Notes: generated from the letters alone by a model not told the origin. A DNA stretch of 64,000 nucleotides from a virus (IMGVR_UViG_3300032046_000018:6985-70984); one strand, 5' to 3'. Shown: positions 27,043 to 36,421, counted from the stretch's first letter. Program-made: numbers and translations.

Positions 27043-28217
27043 GAATAGCACTTGTCCACACCGATGGCCCGACGGAGACCAGGATCAACCACGAGAGTGG
27101 CATGTCAGCCTTGGTGGTAGAACTGGTCAGGAGTGGTCACTCCCTCGATATTATTTCTCTTTTACAGGTAGACCCGGTCAAGGCGGCAAACCTGGTAAAT
27201 GAGAAGTATGACTGCTGGATGACGAGCGCCCATGGAAGTGACTACATTGGAAAATTCCTGGTTAACGTCAAGAAGCCATACATTTTCTACCCACACGATT
27301 TGTACAACGAAAAGGACGACTACACGCGCTTGTGGGATTATCTCCTGCCAAATGTCATCGCATGCGCCACGGCGCCACAACTCGCTGCCGCATCGAAAGT
27401 GCGGTCCGACGCCAGGCCTATCCAATGGTTCAAGAAGGAGATATATGAAGGAATCACCCCCACGCAAGAGGGGTACAACATGTACACGAGAAGGGTGCTA
27501 ACTCCTGAGGAGAAGCGTAGGAACATTCTCCTTGTCGTCGAAAGAGGCAACTTGAAACCTGGTTCAACAATGACCACCCCCGAGGGAATAGTGTATGTGC
27601 ACCCGGACTACGAGGTGATAACCCGTGATCTCGAGAGACATGGATATAGGGTGTTCAAGAAGCAATTCACGTTCAAGACAAGCCACTTGTTCCATGGAGG
27701 ATCATGGGACCCTGCTTTCGCTGACTCCTTCGGCCTGGCCATGCTCCTGCATTGGTGTGACTTTGTTCTCTCGTATGAGTCGAGCATCCTCGTCGAGGCT
27801 ATCCTCGTTGGCAAGATACCCATGCAATACGTGCCCGCGGGTAGTAGCAAGGAGCTGATAAAATTCGTCCCGGATACTCCAACACATGATCTGGTAAACG
27901 AGTTCATGTCCACGCATCTTACCGCATACCAGGACAACAGGGTATTCAAATCGGTGATGCCAGCGTGCTGGATACCGGGAGTAACAGAAAAGATAGCAGC
28001 ACCTACTTTATATGACAAGCTAGAAGCCCTTGAGAATGATGATGTCTACAAGAAGGTGTCAAGGAGACTCCTTGATTACTGGGCTCTCCCTGATAATGCA
28101 CCACCATTCTCCATGGGCATGGCAAAAGCAATCGAAGATATTGAAGGCGCCGAAATGAATGGCACGGTACCGGATAACGTGAGGTCGATATTCTATGGCG
28201 GAGAAAAACAAGTATAA
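27039..28217 (+). CDS. Putative GT-B fold glycan-modifying transferase
   Basis: YPHD, CDFVLSYESSILVEAILVGK, resembling CDP-glycerol/capsule biosynthesis transferases; located in the glycan cluster. Confidence 0.5.
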   Translation: MRIALVHTDGPTETRINHESGMSALVVELVRSGHSLDIISLLQVDPVKAANLVNEKYDCWMTSAHGSDYIGKFLVNVKKPYIFYPHDLYNEKDDYTRLWDYLLPNVIACATAPQLAAASKVRSDARPIQWFKKEIYEGITPTQEGYNMYTRRVLTPEEKRRNILLVVERGNLKPGSTMTTPEGIVYVHPDYEVITRDLERHGYRVFKKQFTFKTSHLFHGGSWDPAFADSFGLAMLLHWCDFVLSYESSILVEAILVGKIPMQYVPAGSSKELIKFVPDTPTHDLVNEFMSTHLTAYQDNRVFKSVMPACWIPGVTEKIAAPTLYDKLEALENDDVYKKVSRRLLDYWALPDNAPPFSMGMAKAIEDIEGAEMNGTVPDNVRSIFYGGEKQV

Positions 28218-28476
28218 TGGCAATGCACTGAACTGCCGGGTAGATACCGCTCTCCTGAAACTCAAGAAGGATGGCGAGACTAACCGGGAGTTCGTGGAGC
28301 GAGCCCTTATCTGTCTACGTGATGGGGCTAAGAAAGGTACCGAAGATGAATTGCAATATAGCATCTTGTTAAAACTTATCAAAGCGTTTATTGACAAGAG
28401 ACTCGTGGTTAAAACCATCACCGAGCAAGAAGGCGATGTGCTGGTGAAATTGATCGAGAAGGAAGGATTAGCATGA
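28195..28476 (+). CDS. RHH-like DNA-binding protein
   Basis: LNCRVD...LKKDGETNREFVERAL. Confidence 0.5.
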   Translation: MAEKNKYNGNALNCRVDTALLKLKKDGETNREFVERALICLRDGAKKGTEDELQYSILLKLIKAFIDKRLVVKTITEQEGDVLVKLIEKEGLA

Positions 28477-28793
28477 CACCGACACCTAAAGGATTCGACT
28501 TCGGTAAATTCACTCCCGTGGCCCAACCATCACCGGTCCAGGATAATGAAGAGACCGAGGAGGTAGAAGCCGCCGATGAAGCCCCCCGGAAAGCACCAAT
28601 GGGGAAGCGGAGCACTGGAGTTGATTTGAAAACAATGCTACGGTCCGTATCACTACTGTCCGAGGCTCTACCCTATCTCCGAAAGTTCGCAGATTACAAG
28701 ATGAACTCTAAAAAGAAGGGCACGAAGCAAGGTGAGGAATGCAAGCAATTGGTCGAAAAGATAGACGTATTCATCGCATCAAGCGATTTATAA
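28473..28793 (+). CDS. Hypothetical protein
   Basis: ATGA overlap. Confidence 0.6.
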   Translation: MTPTPKGFDFGKFTPVAQPSPVQDNEETEEVEAADEAPRKAPMGKRSTGVDLKTMLRSVSLLSEALPYLRKFADYKMNSKKKGTKQGEECKQLVEKIDVFIASSDL

Positions 28794-28844
28794 ATGCACG
28801 ATGACAGGGACATTTTGCCCTTGTTTATTTTACCTGGTGATACA

Positions 28845-30761
28845 ATGGTAGTTGAACTTCAACAAATCTCACTTCCAGGCATGGACAGCGAACCCGATAC
28901 ACTTGACGAGTTCATGTCCATCATGGATAACCTTGATCCTTTTGTAAAGCATAACCTCGGCTTGGACGCCGAGGAACCTCTTAAATGGCTGCGCCGATAT
29001 GATGCTGCTGCAACAGTCGGCGAGATGACGAGTAGCCCGAACGCAAGTGTCGGCAATCAAAAGAACTCGAGAAACAGGGCGTCAGAAATGGCGGCGCCCT
29101 GGCTCAAGATGAGGGCTTTTGATGAAATGCATTCATGGGGCACCATGGCGTTCGGAAACGAGTTTTCGTTAGACCCTATTTTTAATGGCTTGGTGTACAT
29201 TCACAAGGCCTCGAAACTGGATCGCCCGTATTGTGTCGGCGCGTCCGTCCTGGACATCATGCAGGATGGCCGCCCATATGCGGACATTCCAGGAATGAAG
29301 CCGAAACATTTCTCCGCGTTCATGGGCCAGGTATTCGAGTACGTCCTCAACATGGTAGGAGATTGGAATGGTGCCATCGCGGTTTCTGATTGGATGCCAG
29401 GAATGGCTTACTACGTGCAGAAGGAAGGTATCCCGATGAGTGCTGTGCGCCAGGAGTGGCAATCCATCGTCCACAAATTTCATAACAAGTGGCGCGAGGA
29501 TGGCGACCCTCCATTCACGAACACGAGCTTCAATTCCCCTGCGGTGATGCAGCAAATATTCAAGACAGCCGTGTTTCCAGATGGCTCCAACATTCTCGAT
29601 TACATGGACACCATCATGGAAGTACAAGACACGATTCTCCAGTTCATGCACGAAGGTGACCCGTCGAAGGCAGGTATCCAGTACAAGTTCCCGGTGATGA
29701 CAGCTAACTTCACGCCCACCGATGTCGGCACTGATTGGTGGAAGCGAGTTGCCCGGTTGAACCACAACGGGTTCCTCAACATCTGCCACGCCGCCATGTT
29801 CTCCAGTTGCTGCCGCGTCCTCTCTGATTATGAAACCATGCTCAAGATGAAGCAGTACTCTAACGGTGGCGGCGGAATAAAGACAGGTTCCCACTTGGTT
29901 GCTGCACTCAATCTCCCAGGAATAGCAATTCACGCAAACTATAACTACACCAAATTCATGGAACTTCTCGATGATCTCATTGACCACTGCGTCAGGTATC
30001 TCTACATCCACAAACACTTCATCTTAGGTAAGAGAGCTCGTAGCGGATACAATCCATTCCTTGCTAAGTTCAGGGATGAGGCAGGAGATATTCTTGATGT
30101 AGGTCCGTGGCTCCATCTCAACATGTTCTTCTCGACAATAGGAGTTCATGGCATTCCAGAGATGGTGGAATACCTCGGAGAGGACATCGTTGAAAAGGAT
30201 GGCGTGAAACTCGCATCCAGCATCCTCTCACACATCGTGAAGCGTGCCAATGATTATAGCAAGCACTTCACCGAGAATGTTGGTGACGATCATATCATCA
30301 TGGTATTCAATGTCGAACAGATACCTGCTGAGTCGGCCAGCCATACGATGGCTGCTTTTAATGGCGATGATATCTACAGCAACCAGTTCGTCCCGCTCGA
30401 TAGACCTGTTGACATCTGGAAACGTGTAGAGATAGAAGGCGAACTCTCGAAAGTACTCACTGGAGGGAGCATGACATTCCTGCATCTCGGCACGATGATG
30501 GACCAGGACCAGTCGGAGATTTTTCACGAGCGCGTGATGAAGAAGAGTAATTTCAACCTCAATCAATTCTGCGTGGACTACGGGTTCTCGCTGTGCAAGC
30601 CGTGTAATAGAAAAGAAGTAGGCCGCGTGGAGAGATGCTCGTGTGGGAGGCTCATGCGACCATACACGCGGGTTGTTGGATACATGGTACCAGAGGCAAG
30701 TATAAATGAGCCACGTGCCATTGGAGACGTGCAAAAAAGGTTCGGATACACGCAGTGGTGA
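28845..30761 (+). CDS. nrdD: Class III anaerobic ribonucleoside-triphosphate reductase
   Basis: YIH..., YCVG, FPVMT, SCCR, EQIPAES, C-terminal CxxC..CxC and glycyl-radical RVVGY. GGTGA before ATG 28845. Confidence 0.93.
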   Translation: MVVELQQISLPGMDSEPDTLDEFMSIMDNLDPFVKHNLGLDAEEPLKWLRRYDAAATVGEMTSSPNASVGNQKNSRNRASEMAAPWLKMRAFDEMHSWGTMAFGNEFSLDPIFNGLVYIHKASKLDRPYCVGASVLDIMQDGRPYADIPGMKPKHFSAFMGQVFEYVLNMVGDWNGAIAVSDWMPGMAYYVQKEGIPMSAVRQEWQSIVHKFHNKWREDGDPPFTNTSFNSPAVMQQIFKTAVFPDGSNILDYMDTIMEVQDTILQFMHEGDPSKAGIQYKFPVMTANFTPTDVGTDWWKRVARLNHNGFLNICHAAMFSSCCRVLSDYETMLKMKQYSNGGGGIKTGSHLVAALNLPGIAIHANYNYTKFMELLDDLIDHCVRYLYIHKHFILGKRARSGYNPFLAKFRDEAGDILDVGPWLHLNMFFSTIGVHGIPEMVEYLGEDIVEKDGVKLASSILSHIVKRANDYSKHFTENVGDDHIIMVFNVEQIPAESASHTMAAFNGDDIYSNQFVPLDRPVDIWKRVEIEGELSKVLTGGSMTFLHLGTMMDQDQSEIFHERVMKKSNFNLNQFCVDYGFSLCKPCNRKEVGRVERCSCGRLMRPYTRVVGYMVPEASINEPRAIGDVQKRFGYTQW

Positions 30762-30774
30762 CCTAAATTTGACG

Positions 30775-31212
30775 ATGAATAACGAGGATAATGTAGAGGT
30801 CGATGATGACGCGATATTACAGGAAATCGCGTTGGATGAGCCCAAGGAAGGCCCTCAAAAAGGCGAGGGATTGAAGCCCGAGATACCCATACGGGGTCTT
30901 ATCGACGAGTCGACATTCCCGGAAATCGTGCTTCATGGTGCGGAGGCTATATTCCCCGATGATTTTGAATATGTCCTGTGCATCCCGAAGCAGAATAAAT
31001 ATGAGAAGCCCAAAGTCGTGGATGGTGACAACCCAAATCTTGCTCGCCCGGAGAATGTAGTGCCGCAGGATTGGCAAGCGGGCGTGAAGTTTTTCATCAA
31101 CGGTGTTCAGAAGACGTTCCGCAATCTCGTGATCACCATCGACGACAAGATGGAAATTGACGCCATGAACCGGGTGATCCCGAAGTTCGTGAAGGTGGAC
31201 ATCTATGGCTGA
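30775..31212 (+). CDS. Hypothetical protein
   Basis: Acidic N-terminus; continues the operon. Confidence 0.6.
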   Translation: MNNEDNVEVDDDAILQEIALDEPKEGPQKGEGLKPEIPIRGLIDESTFPEIVLHGAEAIFPDDFEYVLCIPKQNKYEKPKVVDGDNPNLARPENVVPQDWQAGVKFFINGVQKTFRNLVITIDDKMEIDAMNRVIPKFVKVDIYG

Positions 31213-31690
31213 GGAGCAGGAATACATTTCAGACGCGGAGATTCCCACGGCCGAGGGAGGTGCCATATTCGCTGGCGCCGACAAGATCAAGGGATTGAGA
31301 CATTTTGACAAGGTCCCGACCGTCAAGATTAACAAATGCCCCTGGTGCGGGGGTCTCGACAGCATTGTTAATAACCAGTGCCAGATGCCTGGGTGTGGCA
31401 AACCCGTCATCTACAAAGGCCCACGACCAAGGGAGGAACCCGCGCTCTCTGAACAAGAGATAGCAATCATCGTGGCGCAGAAGCAAGGAGAGATGCAAAA
31501 AATCCTTTCCATGGGTTCCCTCCCTGGTGACTTGAGAAGCATGCGAGCCGAGATCAACAAGCGCAAGGACGTGATACGTGGAAAGGCAGATATCATCGAG
31601 GATGAAAAACCTGTACCTAAGAGAGAGATGAAGATTCGCAGGAGCTCGTCAATAAGCGTGGGCCCTGGCGATCCTTTCAAGGATTTCTAA
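31205..31690 (+). CDS. Zn-ribbon protein with DPFKDF tail
   Basis: CPWC...CQMPGC; ends PGDPFKDF. Confidence 0.7.
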   Translation: MAEEQEYISDAEIPTAEGGAIFAGADKIKGLRHFDKVPTVKINKCPWCGGLDSIVNNQCQMPGCGKPVIYKGPRPREEPALSEQEIAIIVAQKQGEMQKILSMGSLPGDLRSMRAEINKRKDVIRGKADIIEDEKPVPKREMKIRRSSSISVGPGDPFKDF

Positions 31691-31711
31691 TAACAACGAG
31701 ATGACAACGAC

Positions 31712-32065
31712 ATGGACAATTTCGCAGACTTACCAATGAGAGAAAACATGGATGGCAAGGATTACTTCTTCAAGGCGTTCACGATAGTACAAGACACGCC
31801 ACAGGATATCCTCGCTGACGCGATTGGTGAACTAGGGGAAGTAACACACGTGAGACTGACATCTGATGGGGTCGTTAACCTTCAGGTTAACGGAATCCCT
31901 GTGGTAGTCGCCAATGGGAAAACTGTTCCAGCAGCCACGATGATAGGGTTGACACACGCGCTGATTAGTGCATGGGAGGCCCGCATGCTTTTCACGTCTC
32001 TCATGGCGACATCAAATAGCGGGAGCCCTGACATAGAAGTGGAGTACTGGAACACGCACAGTTGA
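31712..32065 (+). CDS. Beta-rich hypothetical protein, tandem paralog 1
   Basis: Shares DGKDY.FK.F, DILADA..ELGEVTHVR, AWEARMLFTSL, IEVEYWNTHS with the next gene. Confidence 0.8.
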   Translation: MDNFADLPMRENMDGKDYFFKAFTIVQDTPQDILADAIGELGEVTHVRLTSDGVVNLQVNGIPVVVANGKTVPAATMIGLTHALISAWEARMLFTSLMATSNSGSPDIEVEYWNTHS

Positions 32066-32069
32066 TGAG

Positions 32070-32435
32070 ATGGTGAACATGGTCAACAATTTAGGAAACC
32101 TGCTAATGGCGCAGAATGAGGATGGCAAGGATTACTACTTCAAGTCATTCTTTATAAACGCTTTGGAGGACATTGACATTCTCGCTGATGCACTCGCCGA
32201 GCTTGGAGAGGTAACACACGTGAGAATAACAGCAGGGGCTAAGGTTAAAATACAGGTTAATGGAAGCCCTGCAAGCTCGGCGAATGGAAAAACGATCCCG
32301 ACCGCGCAGTCAATCGGGTTGGCGTATGGACTGATCGGAGCGTGGGAAGCACGCATGCTTTTCACGTCCCTACACGCGTATGGCGCCAGCCAGGCAACCA
32401 TCGAGGTCGAGTATTGGAATACACACAGCGATTAG
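32070..32435 (+). CDS. Beta-rich hypothetical protein, tandem paralog 2
   Basis: Paralog of 31712-32065. Confidence 0.8.
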   Translation: MVNMVNNLGNLLMAQNEDGKDYYFKSFFINALEDIDILADALAELGEVTHVRITAGAKVKIQVNGSPASSANGKTIPTAQSIGLAYGLIGAWEARMLFTSLHAYGASQATIEVEYWNTHSD

Positions 32436-33127
32436 GGATGGAATACATCGCACAATTTTTTCTTTATTTTTTCCAAATCAAGGTCCTTCTCCTTTGCGCG
32501 TAGATCATCATTTATGGCCTCGATTTGCTTTCGTTTCTCCCTGTTCTTCATTATGTTCTCATCATTGCGGATGCACTTGATGAGTGTCTCGACCTGGTCT
32601 CGTGCAGCCTTCTTCCTAGAAGAAGCCGCCTGGAGATTGTATCTTTCCATCATGGTGTTGAGTATGGCGTCGAGTGCCTTATCTATCGCAGGATCGTGAC
32701 GTACACGTCGCCACTGCTTCTTGTTTTTCAAGACACCATACTCCTTCCTTCTCCGGTACTCGCGGAGTACCGCATTGACATTTGGCTTGTTGAGTTCTTT
32801 GTTTATTGTGAATATAGCGGAGAGGTCAATTGCAGCGCCCTTCATTTCCATTTTCACCATGTATTCCTTCTTGAACTCGGTGATGAACTTGTCCATGTCG
32901 TCGATGGTCATGTCCTGCGTCATCTCGTTGAGCTTGAGAAGGAGGTCCATGAGTTTTTGCTTGCCTATCGTGCGCACGGTCTTGTACACGATATCACTAC
33001 GGAATTTCAAGACAACTCCTATCAGGATGCATGCGACGGTGACCCATCCACCAATCTTGTTAGCGAACTCGATGAGCAGGTCAACGATATTCTCCACGTC
33101 CTGAAATAAAAAGAGAAAAAAACTCAC
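32432..33127 (-). CDS. Membrane-anchored coiled-coil protein (possible lysis module)
   Basis: N-terminal TM (GGWVTVACILIGVVL); last gene of the late arm. Confidence 0.6.
   Translation of the reverse strand: MSFFLFLFQDVENIVDLLIEFANKIGGWVTVACILIGVVLKFRSDIVYKTVRTIGKQKLMDLLLKLNEMTQDMTIDDMDKFITEFKKEYMVKMEMKGAAIDLSAIFTINKELNKPNVNAVLREYRRRKEYGVLKNKKQWRRVRHDPAIDKALDAILNTMMERYNLQAASSRKKAARDQVETLIKCIRNDENIMKNREKRKQIEAINDDLRAKEKDLDLEKIKKKLCDVFHP
32455..32472 (+). terminator. Putative archaeal oligo-T terminator at the convergence point
   Basis: TTTTTTCTTTATTTTTT about 20 nt after the last + strand gene; it also encodes Lys on the - strand. Confidence 0.35.
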
Positions 33128-33130
33128 CTC

Positions 33131-33670
33131 TTACTTGCCAAATATCTGCATGACAAGAACCACGAGCGTGAGCATGGTAATTATGACACCGAGAAGTGAT
33201 CCCACGAATGTCGTGTACCTGATCGTGATCTCGCCTTTCCCATTTTTCAAGTCCTTGTATTTCTGGCTGAGGTCGCCTATCTGGTAGACGATGTCGGGTA
33301 TCATCTTGATACCCTCGACAATCTTCGGGTCCAAGGTCATGGCATTTGCCCAGTCCGACATGGCATCCGAGATGGCCTGTGCAGAAGTCTTCTGCTTGCT
33401 GGCAATCTCATCCGCCGCTTCATTAAGTTCCTTCTTGAGCTTAGCGAGGGCGTCCACTCCAGCGGCTGTTATTTCACTCGCCGTGCTCTTTCCTTCCTTC
33501 TTCAGGCCATCCAGGTAACCTGAAAGCGTTTTCTTGAGAGCTGCTTCCATGCGATCTTTCACATCATCCGTGATCGATGGGAGTAGCCCCGTGACGACGC
33601 TGGTCACCTGGTTAAACAACGCGTCCTTGACCGCCGTCGCGGTCGTTTCTTGTTGTGCATCTGCAGACAT
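33131..33670 (-). CDS. Helical protein with C-terminal TM anchor
   Basis: FVGSLLGVIITMLTLVVLVM. Confidence 0.65.
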   Translation of the reverse strand: MSADAQQETTATAVKDALFNQVTSVVTGLLPSITDDVKDRMEAALKKTLSGYLDGLKKEGKSTASEITAAGVDALAKLKKELNEAADEIASKQKTSAQAISDAMSDWANAMTLDPKIVEGIKMIPDIVYQIGDLSQKYKDLKNGKGEITIRYTTFVGSLLGVIITMLTLVVLVMQIFGK

Positions 33671-33673
33671 TGT

Positions 33674-33895
33674 TCATGTCACCACCAATAACACGTAGTA
33701 AACAATGATGACCATTAGAATAACAAATACCACCAAAGGCACGAGTATTTTCAAACAATCATCAATATTTTTTCTCATTTCTGTTCCCGCGCTTGATATG
33801 GCGTGTATGACAAACCTTGAAACTTCCCTCCGATTATGTATTCCATCCTCATCATCCAAGAACTCAGAAATGTTATGTTCTTTCATGCCGTCCAC
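33674..33895 (-). CDS. Small membrane protein (holin-like)
   Basis: C-terminal TM helix; position after the tail genes. Confidence 0.5.
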   Translation of the reverse strand: MDGMKEHNISEFLDDEDGIHNRREVSRFVIHAISSAGTEMRKNIDDCLKILVPLVVFVILMVIIVYYVLLVVT

Positions 33896-35430
33896 GACCC
33901 ATCGAGATCGTTCGCAGCCTTCCCCTTCGTCGCGTTTATCGGCGTGGTAAGTACAGCGCTGCCAGCGCCTTTATATACCTTGTTCCCGGTAGCTATGGTA
34001 CACAAGACACCAATCGCGCATGTTTTTGCGGCTCCTGGATTGTAGTACACCGTGCACGAGTTAAATTTAGTACTCCCAGCCGAATAGAAGAGGGCCGTGT
34101 TTATATTGCGGGCGCCAGTAACAACGATATCGCAATTTGATACGTAGGAAAAATCGTTGGTTTGCCCGACAAAAAGCACATTGGCGACATCCGCCGTGAG
34201 AACTATATTGAAAGTGCACCTGGAAATCATTATCTTGGTATAAAAGATACCCCCATCCACCGTAAAAGCACACGCTCCATACGTGAGGTTAAATTCACAT
34301 CCATCAATGTAAACGCGTGAGGATGAGTACATGTCAATGTAGGTCCCGGTGAACTTGCTCCCTGTCATTACCACGACGGACATGGGTTGTAATTGGTGGA
34401 ATGGAGACCCCGCCGTGTTACAAGTTACCACCGTGTTCGTGATGTACACTCTATTCACCACGGTACCAGGGTCCCAACACTCGATACCATTCCCGCTAGT
34501 CGTCGTTATGGCGCAATTCATAACTCTCAAGGTCCATTCTGATGCACCGGACGTTACCCCTATGTAAATTGCCTTCTGTGCGTTATCCCCGACAATGGTA
34601 CAACCATCAATAATAATCGTGCCAGGATCAAAATTGCCACTCGATGCGATTGATTTGATGGTAACCGATCGAAGCATAAAATTCCCAGCAGTTAGAGTTA
34701 TTGCACCGGATATGATCGTGTTGCTAGCGCCACTACCAAATATGGATATTCCAGCACTGCCAATAGTTATATTTCCAGTGTATGTTCCTGGCAGTAGTAT
34801 TATATTACCTGCCCCTCCAAGCGCAGCAACCGCGCTAACAAGACTGTCGCCACTCTTGAGGACGATGGTTCGATATCCGACGGAATCCACGCCCATCTTG
34901 TACACCGTGGACAATCCATCCACGCGGAGATTCCCACCGAGTGCCATGCTCAGGATGTCGTCCTCGGTCTTGATATTGCGAACATCCACGAGTGCATTGT
35001 CAACAGGGCCTCTCGTGGCGACGATAACATCGGTGGATAGCACGCTGGTCTTTGCCTTCACGGTCGAAGTGCCATCATTGCTGGCCACGACACACTTGGC
35101 CACGGCATCAATGTTCAAGCCGGTTGCAGCGGCGACAGGCACTATCCTTGATAACCCGTCGGAATCCCTCGTGAGGATGTTCCCGGCAGCCACGTCACAA
35201 TCACCATACGTGCCACTCGGCTCCAGGTTGGAAGTACCCGAGAGCAAGAGCTGCGCTGTTTCCCGGCTGTGCATGATGTTGCGAATCGCTGCCTGGACGC
35301 CGCCCTGGCCCAGATTATCTAGTTCGTTGTTGACCTGCTCTGGAAGGATTTTCCCCTTGCCATACGCGTTGAACGTCCACCAGTTATTTCCTTCGGGTTG
35401 CACCATCGTCTCATTCCTTTGTCTCGTCAA
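33883..35430 (-). CDS. Tail spike/receptor-binding protein with pectin-lyase-like beta-helix
   Basis: IILLPGTY..NITI....ISIFGSGASNTII followed by repeated I..C.I/F rungs. Confidence 0.75.
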   Translation of the reverse strand: MTRQRNETMVQPEGNNWWTFNAYGKGKILPEQVNNELDNLGQGGVQAAIRNIMHSRETAQLLLSGTSNLEPSGTYGDCDVAAGNILTRDSDGLSRIVPVAAATGLNIDAVAKCVVASNDGTSTVKAKTSVLSTDVIVATRGPVDNALVDVRNIKTEDDILSMALGGNLRVDGLSTVYKMGVDSVGYRTIVLKSGDSLVSAVAALGGAGNIILLPGTYTGNITIGSAGISIFGSGASNTIISGAITLTAGNFMLRSVTIKSIASSGNFDPGTIIIDGCTIVGDNAQKAIYIGVTSGASEWTLRVMNCAITTTSGNGIECWDPGTVVNRVYITNTVVTCNTAGSPFHQLQPMSVVVMTGSKFTGTYIDMYSSSRVYIDGCEFNLTYGACAFTVDGGIFYTKIMISRCTFNIVLTADVANVLFVGQTNDFSYVSNCDIVVTGARNINTALFYSAGSTKFNSCTVYYNPGAAKTCAIGVLCTIATGNKVYKGAGSAVLTTPINATKGKAANDLDGSWTA

Positions 35431-35761
35431 TCATCTTGTGTTCAAAGAGCCAGTTGTAATGCTCGTCCTCTGCATACGGGAGCCGGTGACCATGCTCCTT
35501 CTCGTACTCGATCTCCAGGATACGAAGCTCTCGGGATGCTATCCCTGTTCTCAGTAATCTGAGATCGTCCTCCATGGACATGCTCGCCACGTCCTTTCGC
35601 TTCTTGTGAATTGAGTCTGCTGTTGCTGCTGCCATGATTTCTTTCCTCGAATTTGCTTCTATTTTTCCACATATCTTGCTTGATACATCATCCGAGTAGC
35701 CCTTCTTCTTTTGATCCGCGACGCACGCGGCGAAGTCAGTGTATGGGCCAATCGGCATCAT
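35411..35761 (-). CDS. Hypothetical protein
   Basis: PIGPY.DF..CV...ICG.I motif; continues the operon. Confidence 0.6.
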   Translation of the reverse strand: MMPIGPYTDFAACVADQKKKGYSDDVSSKICGKIEANSRKEIMAAATADSIHKKRKDVASMSMEDDLRLLRTGIASRELRILEIEYEKEHGHRLPYAEDEHYNWLFEHKMIDETKE

Positions 35762-35764
35762 TCA

Positions 35765-36421
35765 TCACCCGAACGTGAGCTTGTACTCGAATAACAATGG
35801 GTTCCCATCCTCGATCTTGTAGAACGGGCGGTCCACGTATTTCGTTGGTGTTACCTCATCATCAACGCCATAATACACGCGGCGTGCTACCATCGCTCGT
35901 GGCTTCTGCGTCGGATCGACCTGTGGGTTATTTTCCGGCTCGGTGGTTAAATGCAGGAATATGCCACACTCCCGAATTTTACACACGTGGCTGGCGAACG
36001 TGAGACTGGCGTCCAGGAAAATGGCGACCGCCGTGGTTGCCTGGTCGACCCTTGCTTTCGAGGAAATGGCGCTTCTCGCCATCTCGGTCGTGAGATGCCA
36101 GTCATCCTCGTCAACGCCAAACCAATCACCGATGTTAATGTCAACGCCAGCGCTCGGCCCGACGACGCCACCATTGGTATTCGTTGAAGTGCCAATAGCG
36201 GCTGCGAGAATCCCATCCCCGCTATTCCACTTGCCGTTGTCGAAAATCTCGTCGAGCATGAACTCCTTTCCAGTCTCGACGACCATGTTCTTGTTCCATC
36301 CAGTATCACCAGTAATTCCATGCTTGGTGAGCCGCATTGGCTGCCGCTTTCCAGTGTTCAAGTCCAGCACGCTCAGCCGCATTTCTCCAGCCGGATGGAG
36401 CATTTCATTAAAGTTTATCAT
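35765..36421 (-). CDS. Tail fibre/baseplate attachment protein
   Basis: NMVVETGK, AIGT, L..E..R, IRECGIF, MVARRV, typical of tail-fibre N-terminal domains. Confidence 0.7.
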   Translation of the reverse strand: MINFNEMLHPAGEMRLSVLDLNTGKRQPMRLTKHGITGDTGWNKNMVVETGKEFMLDEIFDNGKWNSGDGILAAAIGTSTNTNGGVVGPSAGVDINIGDWFGVDEDDWHLTTEMARSAISSKARVDQATTAVAIFLDASLTFASHVCKIRECGIFLHLTTEPENNPQVDPTQKPRAMVARRVYYGVDDEVTPTKYVDRPFYKIEDGNPLLFEYKLTFG

